Virus record (IMG/VR): IMGVR_UViG_3300037313_000280
Coordinates: 1 to 41,597 of that record
Length of the DNA stretch: 41,597 nt
Origin: a virus
Taxonomy: Duplodnaviria > Caudoviricetes
Direction: 5' to 3' (one strand)
Shown here: piece by piece, positions 19,471 to 27,802 of the stretch
How the letters are laid out: each line of letters opens with the position of its first letter
Position numbering within the stretch: position 1 is the stretch's first letter
Translations under genes and position numbers: made by a program
Notes under the pieces: generated by a model
What the model saw: only the letters and a program-made list of their open reading frames with translations
The model's database searches: none
What the model was told of the DNA's origin: nothing

Positions 19471-19791
19471 ATGGCCGACCACACCCCCACCCCTGCGCTC
19501 GACGTCAACACCGACGCCAAGTCCCGCGCCGCACGCACGTTCCTGACCGGACTCGGCTGGGACGTCATCATCGCCCTGGCAACCGCCCTCCTGCTGTGGC
19601 TGCCCGACGCTGACCTCACCAGCAAGGAGGCGTGGCTGGTCCTCGGCACCGCCGTCGCCAAGACCGTCCTCACCGCGGCCGGCTCCTATGTGCTGCGCTA
19701 CAAGGTCACCCCGCCCGCTCCGGTCAACCCTGGCGACGGCCTGATCGACCGCCCCTTCGGCGGAGGTCACCGCCCCTCGGAAGGCGAGTAG
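19471..19791 (+). CDS. putative holin (2 TM)
   Basis: DAKSRAARTFL.GL..D...A.A and W..LG.AVAKTVLTAA.SY pattern. Alternative GTG start at 19459. Confidence 0.75.
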   Translation: MADHTPTPALDVNTDAKSRAARTFLTGLGWDVIIALATALLLWLPDADLTSKEAWLVLGTAVAKTVLTAAGSYVLRYKVTPPAPVNPGDGLIDRPFGGGHRPSEGE

Positions 19792-19794
19792 CCC

Positions 19795-21006
19795 ATGCCC
19801 GGCGTACTGCTCGAGTCCTGGAATCTCGTCCGGGTATACGGAACATGGGTAACCCCCGACGGCGCGACGATGCTGTCGGGGACCTACACGATCACCATCC
19901 CTGGCCGGCTCACTAACAGCACGGATGACCGGATCATCCCGGCAGGCACGTTCGCCTCAGGTCAGCTCAACACGACCCCTGGCAGCGGAGCGTCCCTGGA
20001 CATCATGGTCCCTGCCACGGACGACCCGGACATCGAGCAGGACGACTGGAAGCTCGTCATCACGGTCAAGTTCTCCGGTGCGGCACAGGAGATATACGAG
20101 ATCGATGTTCCGGTCGCGAACCGTCCGTCCGCTGACGGCGGTAACGGGGCTGGCGTCAACCTTCGGCAGATCGCCCTCTCGGCTCAGATCACGCCACAGA
20201 TTGCCCTGTACGGCGTCGGAGTGCCTGGCGGCCTTGCGCGGCTGTCGACGGATGGCCTGGCGGTCCTGAATGCCAATGGCGACCCGATCACCGGCACAGG
20301 GGGCACTGGCGGCAGTTCGACGTGGCCGGTCGCCGGGACGCCTTCACCGCTGGCCGGGCTGAGTTCGACCGCGAACGCCACCAATGTGCGGGACGCGATC
20401 CAGGCTGCTGCCGCGACGGACCTGACGGCGCTGTCAACGACGGTCGCTGCCAAGGCCGACTCGACGACCGTCAACACTGCGCTCGCTTCCAAGGCTGACG
20501 TCACGACGGTGAACTCGCTGACGGCTACCGTCTCAACCAAGGCCGATGCGTCCTCCGTCGTCCCGAACTCGCGGACCGTCAACGGTAAAGCTCTTTCGGC
20601 CAACATCACTCTGTCGGCGGGCGATGTCTCGGCCGTGCCGACGACGCGCACTGTGGCCGGCAAGGCGCTCTCGGGCGACGTGACCCTGGTTGCCTCGGAC
20701 GTGGGCGCGGTCGCCACCACGGGCGCCGAGACCATCGCGGGGGTCAAGACCTTCTCGAGCACCCCGGTCCTGCCGGCGGCGAACCCAACGACCTCCACTC
20801 AGGCGGCACACAAGGGCTACGTCGACTCCAAGACGAATCCGACGCTGCCGTGGATCTATGACACGACCGCAGCCGCGTGGCCGACGCTGCCGGGCACCGC
20901 GCCGACTGGTGTCATCCTCGTCGAAGCGATCGGCCCAGTTGCTCCCACCTCGGCGCAGGTCCCGAACTGGCCCGGCGTCACCTTCATGTACCGGGCGACC
21001 GTCTGA
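19795..21006 (+). CDS. fibre-like protein with BppU-like N-terminal beta domain and tail-fibre repeats
   Basis: ATDDPDI...W motif; three KAD repeats; VP.(S/T)RTV.GKALS..(I/V)TL.A.DV.A twice; ETIAGVKTFSS.P and A.KGYVD. Confidence 0.8.
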   Translation: MPGVLLESWNLVRVYGTWVTPDGATMLSGTYTITIPGRLTNSTDDRIIPAGTFASGQLNTTPGSGASLDIMVPATDDPDIEQDDWKLVITVKFSGAAQEIYEIDVPVANRPSADGGNGAGVNLRQIALSAQITPQIALYGVGVPGGLARLSTDGLAVLNANGDPITGTGGTGGSSTWPVAGTPSPLAGLSSTANATNVRDAIQAAAATDLTALSTTVAAKADSTTVNTALASKADVTTVNSLTATVSTKADASSVVPNSRTVNGKALSANITLSAGDVSAVPTTRTVAGKALSGDVTLVASDVGAVATTGAETIAGVKTFSSTPVLPAANPTTSTQAAHKGYVDSKTNPTLPWIYDTTAAAWPTLPGTAPTGVILVEAIGPVAPTSAQVPNWPGVTFMYRATV

Positions 21007-22439
21007 TGGCCGGCCCGATTCCTGGCATTCCGTACATGTGGAGTCGCACGGACCAGAAGTGGAAGGCCCCCGGCCGCCCGTCGCTCGGGACCGACCCAAC
21101 CCCCACGCCGTCGACCGCGGACTGGTCTACGACGAACCTGCCGTGGGCGTACAGCTCGACCAGCGACTTCACGACCCGCTGGCCTGCCGGCGTCAACATC
21201 GTGCCCCTGCAGACCGGCACCGGCGACTTCTACACCGACCTGCAGAACACGGTGAACGCTGCTGGCGCCAGGTGTGTCGTGCAGCTGCCCGCCGGCGTCT
21301 TCACCTTCAACCAGTTCCGGCTGATCGGCTCCTCGGGCGACCCGCTGTACGCGTTCGGGTTCTGGCACTCGAACCTGCAGGGCCTCCTCGGCGCCGGTGC
21401 GGACAAGACCTTCGTTCGGTTCGCCCCGAACAGCATGAGTTCGGCCCAGGTAACGGCGATCCAGAACCGGACCACTACCGACGGCCCGATCCAGCTCGGC
21501 TTCATGCGCCTGGACTCCACTGTGTCGACGAGCCCGATCCTGCTGTCGGGGATCACCTTCCAGGGCAGCGACCAGAACATCATCAGCTCCTCGACCTCGC
21601 CCTACGGCATGGTCACCCCGCAGCCGGCCCCGTGGCAGGGGATCACGTTCTTCTCGGACAACAAGGGCGTCATCGTCTCGCACTGCCGCTTCCAGGCGGT
21701 CGGCCGAGTCTCCACCGCGGCGCCGCCGTTCGAGACCGGACACTTCACCTCCCAGCGCGGCAACGTGAAGGTCTACAACACCGAGTTCGACGGGCGCCTC
21801 GCCCCGGAGATCAACAGCGCGCAGCCTCGTCGCGCCGGCGCGGTGATGTTCAACAACGAAACCGTCGGTCTCCTGCAGGACGTATGGCTGCACCACTCCG
21901 CCAACTCGCGGTACGCCGTCAACGACCAGAACACAGCCACCACCGGCGTCTACACGCTGACCCGCTGCAAGCTCGAGCAGATCAGCAACGTCAACAACAC
22001 CGACCCGGTCTACGGGGCTCTCGGCGGCTGGACGGGTGAGCTGGCGTGCGCCGGCTTCGAGTCGACGAACGCGACGATCAACGTCACCGACTGCATCTTC
22101 TCCCAGGACAACCCGTTCACCACCGGCGGGCCGCCGCACCACTTCGAGCTCACCACGATCACGCGTGATCCGCAGGGCGGTCGGCTCTTCATCGTCGGCG
22201 GCCAGTACCGCGACACCACGAAGCCGGCCGTCAACGGGTTCACGGTCATCCGGGTGCCCACGAACACCTACTGGTCGCGCGACGGGTTCGCCACGACCAT
22301 CGACGTCCGCGACACCGCGGGCGGGCCGCGCAAGACCGCCTATGTGGTCAGCACCGCCCAGTACAACGCGCTGACCGCCTCGAGCCTCGCCGCTGCTGGC
22401 ATCACTCCGGCCACCCACTACATCGTCCGTAACTCCTAA
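21006..22439 (+). CDS. putative beta-helix (pectate-lyase-like) depolymerase / tailspike
   Basis: LQNTVNAAG...VVQLPAGVF, LLGAGADKT and LSGITFQG are typical of beta-helix N-termini. Confidence 0.7.
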   Translation: MAGPIPGIPYMWSRTDQKWKAPGRPSLGTDPTPTPSTADWSTTNLPWAYSSTSDFTTRWPAGVNIVPLQTGTGDFYTDLQNTVNAAGARCVVQLPAGVFTFNQFRLIGSSGDPLYAFGFWHSNLQGLLGAGADKTFVRFAPNSMSSAQVTAIQNRTTTDGPIQLGFMRLDSTVSTSPILLSGITFQGSDQNIISSSTSPYGMVTPQPAPWQGITFFSDNKGVIVSHCRFQAVGRVSTAAPPFETGHFTSQRGNVKVYNTEFDGRLAPEINSAQPRRAGAVMFNNETVGLLQDVWLHHSANSRYAVNDQNTATTGVYTLTRCKLEQISNVNNTDPVYGALGGWTGELACAGFESTNATINVTDCIFSQDNPFTTGGPPHHFELTTITRDPQGGRLFIVGGQYRDTTKPAVNGFTVIRVPTNTYWSRDGFATTIDVRDTAGGPRKTAYVVSTAQYNALTASSLAAAGITPATHYIVRNS

Positions 22440-22448
22440 GGAGCCGCA

Positions 22449-23753
22449 GTGACTACCGAGAACCTCACATTCGAGGACGTCAGCAACGGCGTCGCGGTCA
22501 CCTCGCCGTACAACAACTGGGGCATCACCGGCACCGCGCTCGGCGACACCACCCAGTTCAAGCAGGGCTCGAAGTCGGTCAAGTTCGCCTCGGGCTCGAC
22601 CGTCGCCCAGTTCGCGCGCGGCGTCACGGCGGCGACCGGGCGCATCCGGGTCGCGATCCGGTGGCCCTCGAGCATCACCGCGAACGTCTTCCTGGTGCAG
22701 ATCCAGCCCACGAGCGGAACCCGCGCGGTGCGGCTGTATGGCACGACAGCGAACAAGCTGGTCATCACCGACAACTCCTCGTCGAGCGGCAACCTGTGGA
22801 CGTCGACGACGACGTTCACGGCCGGCAACTGGTACTACCTGAACCTGTGGATCGCTGCCGGCACCACCGGCGCCGACGGGCAGATCCAGGCCACCGTAGA
22901 CACCGGCACGATCACCAGTCCGACCGACAACTCCGGTCTGCTGACGGGGAAGGACTGCGGCGCGGCCGGCACCATCTCGTCGTTCGCGTTCGGCCGAATG
23001 AACGGCACCTCGATCGGCGACGTCTGGTTCGACGACGTCACGATCGAGTACCCGTCGACCGGAGTAATGCCGCCGGCCAACGTCCCCCCGTCGGTCGGCA
23101 TCACCCCGAACCAGAACGTCGCCGCTGGCTCCACCGTTAACGCCTCGGTGACCGCCACAGACTCCGACGGCACGATCGCGTCCTACGCGTGGACGGTGTC
23201 CTACACCTCGGGCACGACGCCGACCCTGACTGGCGCATCGACAGCCAACATCTCCTTCACCGCGCCCGCGGCCGGCACGCTCGTCAAGCTGCAATGCGTG
23301 GTCACCGACAACTCCGGCGGCGCCACCACGGCGACCACGGAGGTCCGGGTGCCGACAACCGGCTCCGGCATCCGGCTCCTGGCGAACAGTGCGACTGGCG
23401 GAACCGGCTGGACGAACCAGGGTGGCGCGGCGAACGAGGCCGCGGCGATGTCGGACTCCAGCGACACCACCTACGTCGAGTCTCCGACGTTCGCAGCGAC
23501 GGCGGACGAGCGCCGCTGGCGGATCTCGCCACTACTCGCAGGGTCGGCGATGTCGCTGACGATCCGCACGTCGCTGAGTGCGGTCGGCGGCGTCACCAAG
23601 GCGCGTCTCTACGAGGGCAACACGCTGCAGCAGGAGTGGACGATCACCCAGGGCACCTCGCCCACGAACCAGACGCTCACACTCGACTCGGCCACGATCT
23701 CGGCCATCACTGACTGGGGCAACCTCTGGTTCGCCGAGTCGGTCTCGACCTGA
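22449..23753 (+). CDS. multi-domain protein: ConA/LamG-like, PKD/Ig, C-terminal jelly-roll
   Basis: TFED...GSKS...GNWY...VWFDDV; N.PP.V...ATDSDGTIASYAW...SFTAP...VTDNSG; AAGGAG RBS. Confidence 0.8.
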   Translation: MTTENLTFEDVSNGVAVTSPYNNWGITGTALGDTTQFKQGSKSVKFASGSTVAQFARGVTAATGRIRVAIRWPSSITANVFLVQIQPTSGTRAVRLYGTTANKLVITDNSSSSGNLWTSTTTFTAGNWYYLNLWIAAGTTGADGQIQATVDTGTITSPTDNSGLLTGKDCGAAGTISSFAFGRMNGTSIGDVWFDDVTIEYPSTGVMPPANVPPSVGITPNQNVAAGSTVNASVTATDSDGTIASYAWTVSYTSGTTPTLTGASTANISFTAPAAGTLVKLQCVVTDNSGGATTATTEVRVPTTGSGIRLLANSATGGTGWTNQGGAANEAAAMSDSSDTTYVESPTFAATADERRWRISPLLAGSAMSLTIRTSLSAVGGVTKARLYEGNTLQQEWTITQGTSPTNQTLTLDSATISAITDWGNLWFAESVST

Positions 23754-23767
23754 TCAGAGGATGACCG

Positions 23768-24250
23768 ATGGCGACCCTGCGCACCTACGACGTCTCTGTC
23801 ACCCACGTCCTGCCGAAGCTCCGCACCTACGACGTCTCGGTCGCGCACACCGCCGCGGCGGGGCTCGGCCCGCTGCGGACGTTCTCCGTCAGCGTCACCC
23901 ACACCGCGATCCCGGTGCTGGTCGACCTGCCCGACCAGACCGACGTCGAGCCGGCCGCGCAGATCCAGTTCACCGCGGTCTCGGCCGACGGCGGCGCGCT
24001 CGACTCAGCGACCTGGACGCAGACCGCTGGACCAACGGCCACCCTCGCTCCGTCGGGGCTCTCGTGCATCGTCACGGCGCCCTATCTGATGCCGGGAGCG
24101 GCCTCGTCCATCGTCATCAGCGTGGTCGGGCATCGCGGGACGGCCAACTCGCTGCCGGTCACGGCCACGATCACGGTCCTGCCGCAGCTTAGTTGGGCGT
24201 GGGATCCTGTCGGACTCGCCTGGAAGGGCGGCCTGTCATACGAGCTCTGA
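23768..24250 (+). CDS. PKD-like protein with three N-terminal LRT(Y/F)xVSVxH repeats
   Basis: Repeats read directly; DQTDVEP...WTQTAGP...TAP is PKD-like. Confidence 0.8.
   Translation: MATLRTYDVSVTHVLPKLRTYDVSVAHTAAAGLGPLRTFSVSVTHTAIPVLVDLPDQTDVEPAAQIQFTAVSADGGALDSATWTQTAGPTATLAPSGLSCIVTAPYLMPGAASSIVISVVGHRGTANSLPVTATITVLPQLSWAWDPVGLAWKGGLSYEL
23777..23902 (+). repeat. three degenerate 30-bp coding repeats
   Basis: 23777-23806, 23819-23848 and 23873-23902 encode LRTYDVSVTH, LRTYDVSVAH and LRTFSVSVTH. Confidence 0.9.
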
Positions 24251-24476
24251 CAACTGCCGAGTGGGTCAGCGCGGCGTCAGGGCCGGCGAAGCGGCGCATC
24301 TTCCACAGGCCCTCGCGGCGGCGCCACATCACAATCCACGGCTTGCCCAGCGTCACGATCCACGGCTTGCGGTCGTAGTAGACCCGACCGTGGCGAGTCT
24401 CGGTCATCCACTCCTCGACGAGAGTCCAAACCTCCCCCGTCACCTTCACTGGTGGCGGGGGAGTTTTGTCGTTCAC
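24189..24476 (-). CDS. hypothetical Trp-rich protein
   Basis: GTGA-coupled to the upstream minus-strand gene; internal KPWIV duplication. Confidence 0.55.
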   Translation of the reverse strand: MNDKTPPPPVKVTGEVWTLVEEWMTETRHGRVYYDRKPWIVTLGKPWIVMWRRREGLWKMRRFAGPDAALTHSAVVRARMTGRPSRRVRQDPTPN

Positions 24477-24649
24477 GCCTCGGATCGGAGCTCGGCCATG
24501 AGGCGTGCCTCCGCCTCCTCGACGGCCCGCTCCCGCTCGGGGACGACCTTGTCGGCCCCGTACTGCTTCCCCCAGGCGAGTGCCGTGTTCAGTGCGTCGA
24601 CGGCCTCGACGAACTCTCGGGCCGCGGTCGAAGCGATCTTCTGTGTCAT
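24473..24649 (-). CDS. hypothetical 58-aa helical protein
   Basis: ATG at 24649 lies 6 nt after a CACAGT -10-like box, so possibly leaderless. Confidence 0.6.
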   Translation of the reverse strand: MTQKIASTAAREFVEAVDALNTALAWGKQYGADKVVPERERAVEEAEARLMAELRSEA

Positions 24650-24746
24650 GGGTTGACTGTGGCGCTCGTCGACCAGCGCGATCTGTTCACGCGTGCCGGA
24701 TACCCCATACCGGGGAACTGCCGCGATCGCCAGCTTGAGCCGATCG

Positions 24747-24966
24747 TGTGTCAGTTTGTGTGTCCCTGCCACCTTCCATCATCTAGCCCGGACGCCGTTT
24801 CTGCTGGTAAACCTAGGTAGGCCCCGTGGGACTCGAACCCACAACTAACGGATTAAAAGTCCGCTGCTGAGGTATGATCTGAGCGGGAAACGGCGGATTC
24901 TGAGCGTAACAACGTGTGGTGGACTATGGCGGGATCTTGTGTCATAGTGTGTCTACCTAGTGTGTC
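24747..24966. mobile_element. attP region with TGTGTC arm-type direct repeats
   Basis: TGTGTC at 24747 and 24759 (left of core) and at 24938, 24948 and 24961 (right of core). Confidence 0.75.
24816..24868 (-). mobile_element. attP common core: 3' ~53 nt of tRNA-Lys(UUU)
   Basis: Minus strand AGCAGCGGACTTTTAATCCGTTAGTTGTGGGTTCGAGTCCCACGGGGCCTACC contains the anticodon arm (TTT), T arm and 3' acceptor strand; the 5' half is absent. Confidence 0.92.
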
Positions 24967-24991
24967 AAGCCGGACGAAGTGGAGTGGGATC

Positions 24992-25249
24992 ATGAAGACC
25001 CGAACCCGAGTGGGAGCCGTTGTTGCCGGCGCGCTGCTCACCGTGATTGCCCTTGCTGCGCCCGGCTCTGCCCGGCCGCTTCCTACTGACGGCAAGATCG
25101 TCAGTCACTCCGGGTCCTGCGCCCGAGTCATCATCGGTACGCGGGGTGCCTGCAAGTTCCCGACCTCGCCCCTGAGCGCCAAGGCTCACCGGGCGGCGAT
25201 GCGCGACAATCACGGTCGTCGGGCTGCTGTCCGCGAGACGGAGAGGTGA
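24992..25249 (+). CDS. small secreted protein (signal peptide)
   Basis: MKTRTR, hydrophobic core, then GSA/RP; two Cys in the mature part. Confidence 0.65.
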   Translation: MKTRTRVGAVVAGALLTVIALAAPGSARPLPTDGKIVSHSGSCARVIIGTRGACKFPTSPLSAKAHRAAMRDNHGRRAAVRETER

Positions 25250-25252
25250 ACC

Positions 25253-25480
25253 ATGAGCAACGTCACCGAGAGTCGCCGCCTGTTCGACGTCCCGGCCCAA
25301 GAGGTCGTCGCCGGAGTTCCGTGCACGTGGTGCGGGGCAGCCCTTGGAGCGGAGTGCGCAGAGCGAGACTCAGCCCCCGGCATTCCTCATGCGCAGCGTT
25401 GGCGCGACTACTGGAACGCCACGCATGACCGCGGCGAACGCGTCGCGGTCTACCCGGCGCCGTGGCGGATCTCGCTATGA
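25253..25480 (+). CDS. small zinc-finger protein
   Basis: CTWCGA..G..C...H..R; GGAGAGG RBS. Confidence 0.7.
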   Translation: MSNVTESRRLFDVPAQEVVAGVPCTWCGAALGAECAERDSAPGIPHAQRWRDYWNATHDRGERVAVYPAPWRISL

Positions 25481-25887
25481 CCGCCTCGACCCTGGCCCTG
25501 ACCGAGTTCCTGCTGGCCCGCATCGCCGAGGACGAGGAGCGGGCGCAGTTCGTAGCCCGGCAGATCGAGGGCAACAACTGGGCTCCGTTCGAGCCGTGGA
25601 AGCTGTCGTGGCACGACGAGTACGACCTGCTGTGCATCGAGCCATCACGGGCGCTGGCCGAGTGCGAGGCCAAGCGGCGGATCGTGGAGTTGCACCCGAT
25701 CTACCGCGGACCACGCATCCAGCAGGTCCAGAGCGGAGGCGTCGACTTCGGGTGTGAGACCTGCCATGCGCTCGACCGAATCAACGACGACTCAATCATC
25801 GAGGCGCTCGGCTACTGCGACACGCTGCTCGCCATGGCGCCGCCCTACGCCGACCACCCTGACTACCGCGAGGAGTGGCGTCCGTGA
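25477..25887 (+). CDS. DUF6221-like protein
   Basis: EFLLARIAEDE...LAECEAKRRIV...PYADHPDYREEWRP. Confidence 0.8.
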   Translation: MTASTLALTEFLLARIAEDEERAQFVARQIEGNNWAPFEPWKLSWHDEYDLLCIEPSRALAECEAKRRIVELHPIYRGPRIQQVQSGGVDFGCETCHALDRINDDSIIEALGYCDTLLAMAPPYADHPDYREEWRP

Positions 25888-25900
25888 GCGGTAGCCGCCC

Positions 25901-27073
25901 ATGACGAAGCGACGCACCAAGGGCGACGGCGGCCTGATCCAGCGTCACGACCATCCGACCTGCCCGCCGCTCATCGAGGGCCAACGTACCGACCACACCT
26001 GCAAAGGGCGCTGGGTCGGCACACTGGACGTCAGGCAGCCCGGCGGCGGGGGAGTGCGGCGCAAATACGTCTACGGGCGCACGCAGAAGGAAGCGCAAAC
26101 CAAGCTCCGCAAAGCGATCCGCGAACGCGACGCCGGGACGCTCGTGATGTCCAAGGAGACCGTTGAGGCTTGGCTGACGTACTGGCTGGAGAACATCGCC
26201 GCACGCAACCTCAAGCCTAAGACGCTGCTCGGCTACCGCGGATACGTCGACAACCACCTGATCCCCAACCTCGGCAAGCGGCGACTGACCGACGTCCGGC
26301 CCGAGCACATCCGCGCGCTCCACGACGCCATGCGAGACGCCGGACGCAAGCCTGCGAGCATTCTGCAGGCGCACGCCATCCTGGCTAAGGCTCTCGGTGA
26401 CGCCGTGAAGGACGGACGACTCGCCGCCAACCCATGCGACCGGGTCCAACGGCCCAGCGCGCCCAAGAACCACCGCACGGGCCTCACGCTCGAGCAGGCG
26501 CTCCACCTACTGCGGTCAACCGACGCGCTGCGCTGGTGGCTCGCCGTCTTCTACGGCATGCGACAGGGCGAGGTGCTGGGACTCCGCTGGGGCGACGTGG
26601 ACCTCGACGCCCGAGTGATCCGCATCGACCAGACGCTCGTCAACCTCGGCAGGCATGGCGGGCTGACATTCGGAACGCCCAAGTCGAAGACGTCGCGGCG
26701 GACCATCCCGATCCTGCCGCTCATCGAGGCCCGGGTCCGGCTTGCGCTGGCTGAGCTAGACGAGTCGCCGGCGCCGGACGCCCTGGTGTTTGCACGCCCG
26801 GACGGCAGCCCTATCCACCCGAGCGCAGACCACAAGGCCTGGCGCGAACTGCTCACGTCCCTCGACCTGCCGCAGATCGCCCTCCATGCCGCCCGGAACA
26901 CGGCCTCGAGCGTCATGGAAGCGGCTGGCATCCCCGACCGCCTCGTGGCCCAGATTCTTGGTCACTCGTCCGTCCAGATCACGCACGGCTACCAGTCCGC
27001 AGAAGTCGAACGGATGCGGTCCGCGTTGGCCCAGGTCGAGGCGCTGCTCAGGGAGCCGAAGGAGCTGGACTAG
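25901..27073 (+). CDS. int: tyrosine integrase
   Basis: GMRQGE (R), PKS (K), HAAR, LGHS and HGY catalytic set; arm-binding-type N-terminus. Confidence 0.96.
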   Translation: MTKRRTKGDGGLIQRHDHPTCPPLIEGQRTDHTCKGRWVGTLDVRQPGGGGVRRKYVYGRTQKEAQTKLRKAIRERDAGTLVMSKETVEAWLTYWLENIAARNLKPKTLLGYRGYVDNHLIPNLGKRRLTDVRPEHIRALHDAMRDAGRKPASILQAHAILAKALGDAVKDGRLAANPCDRVQRPSAPKNHRTGLTLEQALHLLRSTDALRWWLAVFYGMRQGEVLGLRWGDVDLDARVIRIDQTLVNLGRHGGLTFGTPKSKTSRRTIPILPLIEARVRLALAELDESPAPDALVFARPDGSPIHPSADHKAWRELLTSLDLPQIALHAARNTASSVMEAAGIPDRLVAQILGHSSVQITHGYQSAEVERMRSALAQVEALLREPKELD

Positions 27074-27261
27074 GCCGCTCTCGGCCGCCGACCAGCACCC
27101 AGAATGGTCCACGCATCCGACAGTGCCTCCGGGCACACTGCGGACTGCTTGATGAAGAAGCAGTCACGCCCGTCGTCGAGCACTACGTAACACCAGTCGT
27201 GGCCTGCGGGCAGTTCGTCATCCCCCACGAACGCCACCCTTTGATCGTCCCTCATGTTCAC
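27070..27261 (-). CDS. hypothetical 63-aa protein downstream of the repressor
   Basis: GAGGGGG before GTG; converges on int with a 4-bp overlap. Confidence 0.65.
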   Translation of the reverse strand: MNMRDDQRVAFVGDDELPAGHDWCYVVLDDGRDCFFIKQSAVCPEALSDAWTILGAGRRPRAA

Positions 27262-27358
27262 GGTGCCCCCTCAAGATCCCGGAATCCGGTGAACGTGGAG
27301 TTAACCGTGCAGCACCGACAAGGGTCACGGCAATGGGCGATAGGGCAGTGTCTCCTAC

Positions 27359-27802
27359 CTAATGTTCGGTACGTCGGCTCATGCTTTCGATCAACCTCTC
27401 GACCGCCTCTTGTAAGGCTGGAAGGTCGCTGATAGAACCGCGCAGCGTGACCGTCGCGCCTGGCTGACCGGCAGCCGGTTCCACCCGGAACTCCACCACT
27501 TCGGCGGGGTCCTTGGCGGGCTCCGGCGGTCGCTCGCTGCTCATCTCGGCGTCGAGCGCGTGGATGCGCTTCTCAATCATCTTCCACTTGCTTGCACGCA
27601 CAGTCGGATCGCCAGCGAAGACCCTGCGAAGCGTCTCGCGGTCGACCTCGATCTTCTCAGCCATCGCGCGGATGCTCTGGCCCAGGTTGATACGGATCTG
27701 GTCGAGCTGCTCGCCAGCCAGGCGCCGCTCGTTCTCGTCGCTCGTTTGATGTGTCACCGCGGGCATCCCGTCTACAGCGTCATGGGTCTCGGGCGTCCTC
27801 AT
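27359..27802 (-). CDS. immunity repressor (XRE-type HTH); start uncertain
   Basis: RINLGQSIRAMAEKIEVDRETLRRVFAG HTH; divergent from the early operon. Confidence 0.8.
   Translation of the reverse strand: MRTPETHDAVDGMPAVTHQTSDENERRLAGEQLDQIRINLGQSIRAMAEKIEVDRETLRRVFAGDPTVRASKWKMIEKRIHALDAEMSSERPPEPAKDPAEVVEFRVEPAAGQPGATVTLRGSISDLPALQEAVERLIESMSRRTEH

Noticed and set aside
20856-23294. 812-aa minus-strand ORF and 449-aa alternate plus-frame ORF (20690-22039)
   Set aside because: Arg/Gly- or Arg/Pro-rich shadow frames over well-supported plus-strand genes.
23740-23770. Frameshift or read-through fusing 22449 and 23768 into one protein
   Set aside because: The frames differ, there is a TGA at 23762 in the downstream frame, no slippery heptamer is present, and 23768 has its own GAGGA RBS.
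23777-23902. CRISPR-like or DGR repeat
   Set aside because: The repeats are in-frame, differ largely at synonymous positions and have no unique spacers of CRISPR size. No cas or reverse transcriptase gene is visible in the window.
24816-24895. Complete tRNA-Lys gene
   Set aside because: Only the anticodon arm, T arm and 3' acceptor strand are present. The upstream sequence cannot form the 5' acceptor strand or D arm, so this is an attP core.
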